From a bacterium (GTDB lineage Bacteria > Patescibacteriota > Minisyncoccia > Phycocordibacterales > UBA6899): 24,000 bases of DNA. The notes under the pieces were generated by a model that saw only the letters and a list, made by a program, of their open reading frames with translations, made no database searches and was not told where the DNA came from. This document shows positions 8,189 to 15,408 of the stretch, piece by piece (position 1 is the stretch's first letter; each line of letters opens with the position of its first letter). The stretch lies in NCBI GenBank assembly GCA_043742365.1, contig JAYTYM010000065.1, positions 11,909-35,908 of the forward strand, written 5' to 3'. The position numbers and the translations under genes were made by a program.

Positions 8189-8464
8189 ATGGCTATAACC
8201 TCATCAGCGAAACGAGCGATCCGCACAGCGTCACGACGCCACCTCTTTAACTTGCGCCGACTCGATACAATGCGAGACGATATTAAATCCATTAAAAAAA
8301 TGGTCGCAGAAAAGAAATTTACCGAAGCTGAGAAAGCACTTTCTCAAGTTTACAAGTCTATAGATAAGGCTGCAAAGCGCGGAGTGATCAAAAAGAACAC
8401 TGCTGCTCGAAAAAAGTCTCGCGTCGTACTTCTCATAAGAAAACAGTCAACGAAAGCAAAGTAA
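8189..8464 (+). CDS. rpsT: 30S ribosomal protein S20
   Basis: 91 aa, basic, with the pattern SAKRAIRTASRR....R......K and AAKRGVIKKNTAARKKSR. Confidence 0.9.
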   Translation: MAITSSAKRAIRTASRRHLFNLRRLDTMRDDIKSIKKMVAEKKFTEAEKALSQVYKSIDKAAKRGVIKKNTAARKKSRVVLLIRKQSTKAK

Positions 8465-8474
8465 AGATTTTTGA

Positions 8475-8506
8475 AAACAACCCCATCGCAAGATGGGGTT
8501 GTTTTG
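8475..8506. terminator. Bidirectional terminator between rpsT and the response regulator
   Basis: AAAACAACCCCATC-gcaa-GATGGGGTTGTTTT. Confidence 0.7.
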
Positions 8507-8516
8507 TTGTGCACCA

Positions 8517-8918
8517 CTAAGCGCCCGCCGCCGCTGTCTTCTCATCGTGAGCAATTTGGCTCTCAACCATCTCTGCAACTTCGTGCGGCAGAATATTGGA
8601 CTTAATAAGGTATGAAGTTGCGCCGAGCTTTACTCCTCTTTCGATCTCATCTCTACCACCAAGATTTGAAAGGATGATCACCGGGATCTTTGTTGTTTCT
8701 GGGTCAGACTTAAGTCTCTCAAGAATCTCAAACCCGCCCATGTCGGGAAGCATGATATCAAGAAGGATCAGATCGGGCTGTTCAAGTTTTGCTTTGGCCA
8801 AGCCATCAGCGCCTGTTCCAGCGGTAATAACTGAAAATCCCGTCTCGATCAATTTGCCGGAAACAAGACTTGAAAGAAAGGCATCGTCTTCAATTGAGAG
8901 AACTTTTTTCGTATCCAT
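8517..8918 (-). CDS. Single-domain response regulator (CheY-like receiver)
   Basis: Receiver motifs are KVLSIEDD, DLILLDIMLPDMGGFE, IPVIILSN and KSN. There is no output domain. Start chosen at ATG 8918 (MDTKKVL). Confidence 0.85.
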   Translation of the reverse strand: MDTKKVLSIEDDAFLSSLVSGKLIETGFSVITAGTGADGLAKAKLEQPDLILLDIMLPDMGGFEILERLKSDPETTKIPVIILSNLGGRDEIERGVKLGATSYLIKSNILPHEVAEMVESQIAHDEKTAAAGA

Positions 8919-9080
8919 ATTATTCATACAGTATAACGGGGAAGAGGGTGAATGCAAAGATGAGAAATGTTGAGATGTGCGTAGTCGTGGAATGGGTGCG
9001 TCATAAAACGCTTTTGACCTAAGTATCCTGAACTCTTCAGTGTGGTCGATTTATAAAATCTTTAATGTCCTAATTTTGCC

Positions 9081-9300
9081 GGGGAAGCTCCATTACATGG
9101 ACGGTACACCTTTCGTATTTCGCACCACGGAGAGTACTTAAAAATTACAGTACTCGAGAGCCGTAGGCACTCGCATTCTTCAAAGTGGATTACCGCTAAG
9201 AAGAATTGGGTCGCTCGATGTCATGTTTAGTCGAAGACGAAATATATTCAAGGTTTTCGATAGGATATCTCTGCTTAAAGCAGAAGTACCTCTTTCCCAT
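9081..9300. repeat. Family-A module, distal copy at the tRNA-Arg(GCG) locus, interrupted
   Basis: 9090-9122 matches 9367-9399 with 1 mismatch in 33 nt. 9232-9261 matches 9398-9427 with 1 mismatch in 30 nt. The two halves are separated by 109 extra nt. Confidence 0.55.
9123..9231. mobile_element. 109-nt insertion in the apex of hairpin 2 of the distal module (family-B-like sequence)
   Basis: The intact paralog reads cgtatttcgaagacgaaata (9391-9410). The interrupted copy reads cgtatttcg-[109 nt]-cgaagacgaaata, with CG on both sides. The insert carries agagtactt-N8-cagtactcgag, which also occurs at 21052-21079. Confidence 0.5.
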
Positions 9301-9330
9301 TTACTAAGGATAAGAATCCTTCATAAATAT

Positions 9331-9466
9331 GGGTGAAGGGCTTCGATTCCTCGATAGGAGTATCTTCCATTACGTGGACGGTACACCTTTCGTATTTCGA
9401 AGACGAAATATACTCAAGGTTTTCGATTCCTATTCAGAAGCCGAGCAGTTGGCTTCTTCTCGGGCA
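9331..9466. repeat. Family-A module, proximal copy at the tRNA-Arg(GCG) locus
   Basis: Minus strand reads TGCCCGA, GAAGAAGCCAACTGCTCGGCTTC hairpin, ATAGGAATCGAAAACCTT, GAGTATATTTCG-tctt-CGAAATACGAAAGG, TGTAC, CCA-CGTAA-TGG, then TCCTATCGAGG (a copy of the tRNA T-stem/acceptor). Confidence 0.6.
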
Positions 9467-9513
9467 TGTTATACAAAAAGACAGCACAATGTGCTGTCTT
9501 TTTGTATAACATG
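9465..9513. repeat. Perfect 23-bp inverted repeat with a 3-nt loop, probably a bidirectional terminator
   Basis: 9465-9487 (catgttatacaaaaagacagcac) is the exact reverse complement of 9491-9513, with loop aat. The right arm overlaps the last 2 nt of tRNA-Arg. Confidence 0.8.
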
Positions 9514-9583
9514 CCCTCGATAGGAATCGAACCTATATTTAAAGTTCCGCAAACTTTTGTCCTATCCATTGAACGACGAGGAC
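9512..9583 (-). tRNA. tRNA-Arg (anticodon GCG)
   Basis: Reverse complement is GTCCTCG-TC-GTTC-AATGGATA-GGAC-A-AAAGT-TTGCGGA-ACTTT-AAAT-ATAGG-TTCGATT-CCTAT-CGAGGGC-A. All four stems pair. Confidence 0.88.
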
Positions 9584-9698
9584 TAATATCAACCGACACA
9601 ACATGTAGGCTGACACGAACACACTAACATATGAACATCTTCACGTCAAAATTGCGTTTAGCCAAATGCCGAGTGGTGGTGTTTGAGTTTTACCCCTA

Positions 9699-10148
9699 CT
9701 AGAAACCTAAACGTTCCATGATGATCTGGGGGAGGGATTCGTGGAGTGCTTTTTCAGGAATATGATTGATGAGTTCCGAATGTAGATCTTCGACATCTAA
9801 CTCATGTGGGAGATGGATGACAATAAGTGGCATGAATATTTTTGTGGACTCAAGTAAGAGGCGGCGCTCAGGCGTGTAGTCGATTACCGCAAAGCCATCA
9901 AGGCTTTGATAGGGATAAAGTGTGCCTCCCATGCGAATGCCATTTTTTCTGATCTCAACATGTATCATTTCCGGCTTTCGCGCAGCCATCAATAAAAAAG
10001 TAATGGTTGCGATAAAGGTAAGCGTGACGAGCAAAAAATTGTTCATCAAAAATTCCACAGCGACCAATGAGCCCGCTATCAAAATTGCTGATGCGTACCA
10101 ATCGTTTGTTTTCTCTGTATATGAGTGTTCAGGTGCGTCCCATTCCAT
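9699..10148 (-). CDS. Hypothetical membrane protein (two TM helices plus a C-terminal soluble domain)
   Basis: 149-aa ORF with hydrophobic segments ASAILIAGSLVAVEFLM and LLVTLTFIATITFLLMA. No motif was recognised. Confidence 0.6.
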   Translation of the reverse strand: MEWDAPEHSYTEKTNDWYASAILIAGSLVAVEFLMNNFLLVTLTFIATITFLLMAARKPEMIHVEIRKNGIRMGGTLYPYQSLDGFAVIDYTPERRLLLESTKIFMPLIVIHLPHELDVEDLHSELINHIPEKALHESLPQIIMERLGF

Positions 10149-10228
10149 CCACTAATAATATCATGAGTAATAGAGAGACTCAATCTATATGAAGTGCAAA
10201 TGAGGGGAAAAGAAATGAAACTAAGATA

Positions 10229-10262
10229 AAGAAAAAGAAAAAAGGCTCCCGAGGGAGCCTTG
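10229..10262 (-). terminator. Intrinsic terminator of the GC-rich orphan gene
   Basis: AAGGCTCCC-gag-GGGAGCCTT (10241-10260). On the minus strand it is followed by TTTTTTCTTTTTC. Confidence 0.7.
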
Positions 10263-10277
10263 TTGAACTTGCAGGTG

Positions 10278-11105
10278 TTATTTCGCACCTTTCTTCTTTT
10301 TGCCACTGCCGGGCTGGTCCTTTTGGCCGCCGTTGCCTTTGGAGGGTTGGGCGGCGAGGCGCTGCGCGCGGTTGTTTTCACGCTTGGCTTCACGCTTGGC
10401 ACGGTCGACGGAAGAAGTCGGACTTTTCGCTTCGCCTGCTCGCGAGGAGTCGTCGATGGCACCGCCACGCACGAGGATCTCGGCGCCAGACTTCTGGTGG
10501 AAGTAGACGGCATCACGGCCGTTCTTCGCATTGCAGAAGTACTCACAACCCATCTCTTCGAGGAGGATCACCTTCGCTTCGAGGTTGATGTCCTCGCGGC
10601 GCAGATGACCCAGGGCAGTCGACACGACGTCTTGAATGTAGCCGACGCGCAGGCGTTCCTTGTGGGCAACCTCCTCTTCCGTCTGAGCGCGCTCTTCGTT
10701 GCGGCGCTCTTCTTCGCGCAGGCGGTCTTCCTCGAGGCCGCGAGTGAGCACGTCCGCGGGGATCGCGATTGCGATCGGACGCGGGGTGCTGCCCTTGCGG
10801 ACCTTGAAGGAGTTCACCAGCTTCAGGCCTTGCTCATCTGGGAGTTGCGTGATGCAACCGACGAGCGAGACGTTCTGGGTCAGCCTCTCATCCGCTTGAA
10901 GCTTTAGCGTGGCTGCCTTTTCGGCTGCACGCTTGGCTTTGTTGGCGGCCTTGCGCTCCGCATGTGCTGCCAGGTTCGCAGCGGCCTGTTCCTCGGAAAC
11001 GGTCACGAGGCTGAGGTTCGCCTGGGCGAAGGGGGCGTGGCGGAAATTCGCCAGTTCTTGTTGGTTCGAAGAAGAGTTCTGACCAAATTGCGGGGCGGTG
11101 ACCAT
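10278..11105 (-). CDS. GC-rich orphan protein with a Lys/Arg/Glu-rich coiled-coil centre and a basic tail; no recognisable family
   Basis: Long ORF with abrupt GC elevation: I counted 39 G+C in the 60 nt at 10321-10380, against 27/60 at 9721-9780. I prefer the ATG at 11105, which is preceded by GGAG about 8 nt upstream; GTG 11162 is the alternative. Shadow ORFs lie on the opposite strand, as expected for high GC. Confidence 0.6.
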   Translation of the reverse strand: MVTAPQFGQNSSSNQQELANFRHAPFAQANLSLVTVSEEQAAANLAAHAERKAANKAKRAAEKAATLKLQADERLTQNVSLVGCITQLPDEQGLKLVNSFKVRKGSTPRPIAIAIPADVLTRGLEEDRLREEERRNEERAQTEEEVAHKERLRVGYIQDVVSTALGHLRREDINLEAKVILLEEMGCEYFCNAKNGRDAVYFHQKSGAEILVRGGAIDDSSRAGEAKSPTSSVDRAKREAKRENNRAQRLAAQPSKGNGGQKDQPGSGKKKKGAK

Positions 11106-11162
11106 GATTAGTGCTCCAAAAAGTCCAAAACCGTGGACGAATCGGGGTAGGTCGTATTTCAC

Positions 11163-11206
11163 GACCGCCCAAGAGTACTTAAGCGATTAAGGGCTCTTGG
11201 TCGGTC
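11163..11206. repeat. Inverted repeat hairpin at the 5' border of the GC-rich gene, carrying a family-B motif
   Basis: Arms are gaccgcccaagag (11163-11175) and ctcttggtcggtc (11194-11206), 13 nt with 1 mismatch. The loop region contains aagagtactt, identical to 21051-21060. Confidence 0.5.
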
Positions 11207-11387
11207 GCAAATAAATACATTACAAACAGCATAATTCTGTTAATATCTTATCACAAATTGTCTATATTGTCAAGTTTTTCAATAGAGAAGATTGGCGACC
11301 TTTTTACTTCGTTTTTTGCCATATTTCTATTTTTGGGTATAGTAATGTGCACGCAGAAAGTTCTTTTTTAAAATTTTGTAGCAATGC

Positions 11388-11474
11388 GGAGGAGTGGCTG
11401 AGTGGTTGAAGGCAACAGTCTTGAAAACTGTCGTACATTTACGTGTACCGTGAGTTCGAATCTCACCTCCTCCG
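11388..11474 (+). tRNA. tRNA-Ser (anticodon UGA), long variable arm
   Basis: Acceptor GGAGGAG/CTCCTCC, anticodon arm ACAGT-CTTGAAA-ACTGT, variable arm CGTACATTTACGTGTACCG, T arm GTGAGTTCGAATCTCAC, discriminator G. Confidence 0.93.
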
Positions 11475-11494
11475 CATTGGGACAAATTATTTAT

Positions 11495-11603
11495 TTGTCA
11501 CAGTAGAGAGGAGAGAAAGTGCCTCGCGGAACTTTCAGGTGAGATTCGAAAGACTTTTCGATGCCGATTCAGAGAGGCCGAAAAGTACCTGCCGATGTAA
11601 TCG
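11495..11603. repeat. Family-A module, tRNA-Ser copy
   Basis: Plus strand reads GAGAGGAGA, GAAAGTGCCTCGCGGAACTTTC hairpin, AGGTGAGATTCGAAAGAC (revcomp of the T arm), CTTTTCG..CGAAAAG hairpin, TAC, GCCGA-TGTAA-TCGGC, and then direct repeat 2 of the tRNA end. Confidence 0.55.
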
Positions 11604-11604
11604 G

Positions 11605-11683
11605 CGAATCTCACCTCCTCCACATTGGGATAAATTGTTTATATTCGAATGTCACCTCCCCCGCACCGGGACAAAATTTACAG
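11605..11683 (+). repeat. Second and third direct copies of the tRNA-Ser 3' end plus trailer
   Basis: cgaatctcacctcctccGcattgggaCaaattAtttat (11457-) compared with cgaatctcacctcctccAcattgggaTaaattGtttat (11605-). A third, more diverged copy is ttcgaatgtcacctcccccgcaccgggacaaaattt (11644-). Confidence 0.7.
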
Positions 11684-11724
11684 CTACATAACCCCAATTT
11701 TTCAGTTCATCGCTCTATATAAAT

Positions 11725-12138
11725 ATGAAGTATCTTTCCATAGACTACGGTACAAAGCGTGTGGGTCTCGCGACGTCTGACGACAGCGGGGTCATGGCAT
11801 TTCCTTTGCGTGTTTTACTTAATTCGCGTTCGCTTACCGCTCATATCGCAAAGATCTGTCGCGATGAGCACATCGATGTCATTGTCATGGGCGAGTCATT
11901 GAATTTTCAAAACAAACACAACTCGATCATGAGCGAGATCATTCCCTTTGCAGAAAAATTAAAAAATGAAAGCGGGCTGCCTGTGGTGTATATGAACGAA
12001 GTGCTTTCTTCGCAAGAGGCGATGCATCTGCAGGGGGATAATAAGGAAAATGATTCTTCCGCAGCGGCAATAGTATTGCAAAGTTATCTTGATAAGATCA
12101 ATCCAAAGAGAGCTGACACAGTGGATGAAGAGGAGTAA
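11725..12138 (+). CDS. ruvX: Putative pre-16S rRNA nuclease / Holliday junction resolvase-like YqgF
   Basis: N-terminus MKYLSIDYGTKRVGLATSD matches the YqgF signature. Length is 137 aa. Confidence 0.85.
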   Translation: MKYLSIDYGTKRVGLATSDDSGVMAFPLRVLLNSRSLTAHIAKICRDEHIDVIVMGESLNFQNKHNSIMSEIIPFAEKLKNESGLPVVYMNEVLSSQEAMHLQGDNKENDSSAAAIVLQSYLDKINPKRADTVDEEE

Positions 12139-12148
12139 AATAATACAT

Positions 12149-12568
12149 ATGGAAAACATTAATATAGATCAATTTCATAATATTGAAATGAAGATTGGTA
12201 CCATTTTGAAAGCGGAATACATCGAAGGTGCGGACAAGCTTTTGCGTTTGGAGGTAGATTTTGGCCCTGCTGCGGTTCCTGAGATTGAATTTACAGGTAA
12301 AACAAAATCTGAAGAAGATGCACCGGAGTCACAGCAAGAATATGAACCTGAAGATAGGGATATTCGTCAGATATTGTCTGGTATACGCCAATATTACGCA
12401 CCAGAAGAACTTATCGGTAAACAATGTCCTTTTGTAACAAATCTTGCACCGCGGACGATGCGCGGGCTCGAAAGTCATGGAATGATCCTTGCGGTAGGGG
12501 GGCCTGATGGAAGCGCAATACTTATTCATCCCGACAGAGAAGTTGCTGCAGGAAGTAAATTGCGATGA
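12149..12568 (+). CDS. tRNA-binding domain protein (CsaA / EMAP-like OB fold)
   Basis: KIGTILKAEYIEGADKLLRLEVDFG ... ILSGIRQYY.PEELIGKQCPFVTNLAPRTMRGLESHGMIL is typical of PF01588-type domains. An acidic insert of about 35 aa follows DFGP. Start at ATG 12149, with AGGAG upstream. Confidence 0.7.
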   Translation: MENINIDQFHNIEMKIGTILKAEYIEGADKLLRLEVDFGPAAVPEIEFTGKTKSEEDAPESQQEYEPEDRDIRQILSGIRQYYAPEELIGKQCPFVTNLAPRTMRGLESHGMILAVGGPDGSAILIHPDREVAAGSKLR

Positions 12569-12641
12569 AATTTGTGAAATAATGCACACGCTGTGCGCAT
12601 AACTCCTACTCACATACACTGACTCACTGTATAATAGAGTT

Positions 12642-13712
12642 GTGTCATTATTTTCTGCGCCGAAATTTTTAGCGATGCCCGCAGTGGGTATGGATATCTC
12701 TGTGGATGCGGTTCGCTTCATTGAGATAGACAGGAAAGGCGATCAATTGGTCGTCTCACGTTTTGCGACACGAAATTTCCCACTCGGTATTGTTTCAGAG
12801 GGTCACGTGCGCGATAAAAAAAAGTTACAGGAAATGATCGCCTCACTTGCGCACGAACACAAGCTAACGTTTGCAAATGTGTCACTTCCTGAAGAACAGG
12901 CGTATCTCGCCAATCTCCGCATCCCTCGTGTGGCAGAGTCAGAAATACGTGACACAATTGAGCTGCGACTTGAAGACAATGTCCCAATCTCCGGAGCGGA
13001 TGCTGCCTTCGATTATACCGTCGTGGGTGAGTCGGGGGGCCACAACAAAGACATGATGGATGTTGTTGTTTCGGTGCTCCCCAAATCTGCAGTCGAAGAA
13101 TACCTTGAAGTCTTTCGCGGAACAGGTATCACGCCAAAAGCATTTGAATTCGAATCGCAAGCCATGGCGCGCGCAATTATTCCCAAAGGGGATAATGGGA
13201 CTTTTCTTGTGGTCGATATAGGTAAGATGATCACTGATATTTTTGTTACGGCAAACGAAGTCGTGCAGTTCTCTGTGTCACTTGATATCGGAGGACACAA
13301 TCTCACTCAGGCAGTAGAGCGTGCACTTAAAATAGGCACCGACGAGGCAGAAGCACTTAAAGTGAAACATGGTTTGGTCGGTGGCGTTAAGGAGCTCGAG
13401 CTTTATAACGCAATGTTCCCTGTTGTGAATGACCTGCGTACGCGACTTTTGCGTCATTACTCATATTGGCAGACACATCATGGAGAAAAAATAGGCGGCA
13501 ATATCGAATGTGTCTATCTTACCGGTGGAGGTGCAAACCTAAAGGGCATGTGCGAATATCTCGCGATGGGTCTTGATGTGAAGGTGAGAGTGGCAAATCC
13601 ATGGGTAAACGTCACATCATTTGAAAAATACATCCCCCCGCTTTCCATGCACGAGTCACACGGCTATACCGCTGCAATAGGTCTTGCACTGCGTAATATT
13701 TTCCCCGAATAA
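12642..13712 (+). CDS. pilM: Type IV pilus assembly ATPase-fold protein PilM
   Basis: Actin-like fold motifs are VGMDISVDAVRFIE, LVVDIGKMITDI, LDIGGHNLT and VYLTGGGANLKG. It is followed by pilN/pilO-like genes. GTG start. Confidence 0.8.
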   Translation: MSLFSAPKFLAMPAVGMDISVDAVRFIEIDRKGDQLVVSRFATRNFPLGIVSEGHVRDKKKLQEMIASLAHEHKLTFANVSLPEEQAYLANLRIPRVAESEIRDTIELRLEDNVPISGADAAFDYTVVGESGGHNKDMMDVVVSVLPKSAVEEYLEVFRGTGITPKAFEFESQAMARAIIPKGDNGTFLVVDIGKMITDIFVTANEVVQFSVSLDIGGHNLTQAVERALKIGTDEAEALKVKHGLVGGVKELELYNAMFPVVNDLRTRLLRHYSYWQTHHGEKIGGNIECVYLTGGGANLKGMCEYLAMGLDVKVRVANPWVNVTSFEKYIPPLSMHESHGYTAAIGLALRNIFPE

Positions 13713-13713
13713 T

Positions 13714-14250
13714 ATGATCAATCTTCTTCCACCTACAGAAAAAAGAAAACTACAGAAAGAGCTTAGATTACGTTATGCCGTCACGGCGCTTTGGACATTT
13801 TTTATGCTTGAGGTGATATTATTCGCACTCCTTGCACCATCTTATTTGAAAATAAACCTGACGATGATGGGCATTGAAGATGATCTCGCCGCCAAGAAGG
13901 CTATTGCCATTCCTGGAGGCGACGATGTGCAAAATGGTATCAATAAGATCAAAAGCGAAATTGCGCTACTAAAGCCTACGAATACTTCAGCCGATACTCT
14001 AGTTTCACAGTTGATCACAGAAATATTTGCTCAAAAACCCGAAGGTGTAAGTATCTCATCCTTTGCCTATGGACGCTCAGGTAATGCGGTTACGTTGCAG
14101 CTTTCTGGAAATGCGACCACGAGAGAAGACCTCCTTCTTTTTCAGCGACTACTCAAGGAAAATGCGCGTATTGCAGATGCAAAGTACTCACAGAGTTTCA
14201 TAACGAAAAAAACAGATATTGATTTTATGATTACCATCAGCCTGAAATAA
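13714..14250 (+). CDS. pilN: PilN-like pilus assembly protein
   Basis: N-terminus MINLLPPTEKRK is followed by a single TM helix. The gene sits directly after pilM; the ATG lies 1 nt after the pilM stop. Confidence 0.65.
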   Translation: MINLLPPTEKRKLQKELRLRYAVTALWTFFMLEVILFALLAPSYLKINLTMMGIEDDLAAKKAIAIPGGDDVQNGINKIKSEIALLKPTNTSADTLVSQLITEIFAQKPEGVSISSFAYGRSGNAVTLQLSGNATTREDLLLFQRLLKENARIADAKYSQSFITKKTDIDFMITISLK

Positions 14251-14254
14251 ATAT

Positions 14255-14782
14255 ATGTCACGCATCCTTCAATTTGTAATTATTCTTGTTGTGCTCAACA
14301 TCGCGGGCGCGGGAATCTTGTGGTACGGATACACAAACATGCAAGACAACAAAGCCAAAGAAGCAGACCTGCGCTCACAATTAGCAGAGGAGAGTAAGAA
14401 GGGTGAAAAAATGAACTCTTTGAAAGAAACGCTTCGACTCGCAGAGAAAGACAAAGAAGCACTTGAAAAGTACCTTCTCGACTCAAGTGAGGAAAGTCAG
14501 ATCAAGCTTATTTCGCAAATGGAGCAGATCGGAAGTTCAACAACAGGAGCATTGGTAAACACGACATCCCTCGAACTCTCTGGAGCAAAACTTCATGGGG
14601 AATTCGCGATCAGTGGTACGTGGGATCAGTTGTATTATTTATTGCGCTTAGTCGAATTACTCCCCACACGTATTGTGATAAACCGCTTCGAAATAAGAAG
14701 TGCGAGTGATAGTAAAAACATTATTGATCACTTTTCCGGCACTCTTTCGTTGGATTTTGTAAGTTTACGCTCGCCCTCATAA
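14255..14782 (+). CDS. pilO: PilO-like pilus assembly protein
   Basis: It has an N-terminal TM helix, a coiled-coil segment, then an alpha/beta C-terminal part. The call rests on position after pilM and pilN. Confidence 0.55.
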   Translation: MSRILQFVIILVVLNIAGAGILWYGYTNMQDNKAKEADLRSQLAEESKKGEKMNSLKETLRLAEKDKEALEKYLLDSSEESQIKLISQMEQIGSSTTGALVNTTSLELSGAKLHGEFAISGTWDQLYYLLRLVELLPTRIVINRFEIRSASDSKNIIDHFSGTLSLDFVSLRSPS

Positions 14783-14786
14783 AAAC

Positions 14787-15185
14787 ATGGAAACTCCTAA
14801 ACTACAGCTTTCACTCAAGCAAATACTTCACCGCTTCAAGTTTGGTGGTGGGAATATGAGCCCTGACCTTTTGTGGCAGCTTATATTGGGCAGTGGTGTA
14901 GTAGGTATTGCCATCATCATGACATTTGCTTATCTTACCTACGATTGGGCAACGACTATCGATGTCGCACACGCACCTGCACAGAAAGTACGTGACACTT
15001 TGTCGGTTACTGAACTTGAGGGTGTGATCACGGAATATAAAAATAAAGAAGCTGACTACGAACGATTGCTCAGAACTCCTCCACATGCACCAAGCTTCCG
15101 CAAAGGTCACGCAATGACAGGTGCACCAAGCACGATGAGTAGCAGTACTCCCGCACAGGCAAGTACATCGAGCTCACCGAGGTGA
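14787..15185 (+). CDS. Hypothetical single-pass membrane protein, last gene of the pil cluster
   Basis: ORF with TM helix LILGSGVVGIAIIMTFAYL and a Ser/Thr/Pro-rich tail. No family was recognised. Confidence 0.45.
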   Translation: METPKLQLSLKQILHRFKFGGGNMSPDLLWQLILGSGVVGIAIIMTFAYLTYDWATTIDVAHAPAQKVRDTLSVTELEGVITEYKNKEADYERLLRTPPHAPSFRKGHAMTGAPSTMSSSTPAQASTSSSPR

Positions 15186-15207
15186 CCTACAGACTTGTAT
15201 CGCACGA

Positions 15208-15232
15208 AAGACACTCTTGATGGAGTGTTTTT
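15208..15232 (+). terminator. Intrinsic terminator after the pil cluster
   Basis: ACACTC-ttgatg-GAGTGT is followed by TTTTTGTTTT. Confidence 0.55.
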
Positions 15233-15240
15233 GTTTTCGG

Positions 15241-15378
15241 GTGGGCGATAGAGGATATTCGACCCCTACTGGGTCAGTACACCTTTGCCATTTTTTCAGA
15301 TTAGGAAATCTTCAAAAATAAGGCAGAAGGTTTTCGAATCCTCTAGCGAAAGCCACGCAGGTGGCTTTCTTCGCCCAC
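15241..15378. repeat. Family-A module, tRNA-Val copy (best preserved)
   Basis: 15241-15256 gtgggcgatagaggat is identical to 15408-15423. Minus strand reads GTGGGCG, GAAAGCCAC-ctgc-GTGGCTTTC, TAGAGGATTCGAAAA, CCTTCTGCC...GGCAAAGG, TGTAC, GACCC-agta-GGGGTC, GAATATCCTCTATCGCCCAC. Confidence 0.7.
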
Positions 15379-15408
15379 GACAAAGGCCACCTGACGGTGG
15401 CCTTCTTG
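15379..15408. terminator. Hairpin terminator between the module and tRNA-Val
   Basis: AAGGCCACC-tgac-GGTGGCCTT (15383-15404). Confidence 0.6.

Noticed and set aside
10260-10907. 215-aa plus-strand ORF, along with 10079-10546, 10300-10506, 10699-10899 and 10888-11172.
   Set aside because: These are shadow ORFs of the kind expected in a ~60-65% GC segment. They overlap the longer minus-strand ORF, which has an RBS and a terminator.
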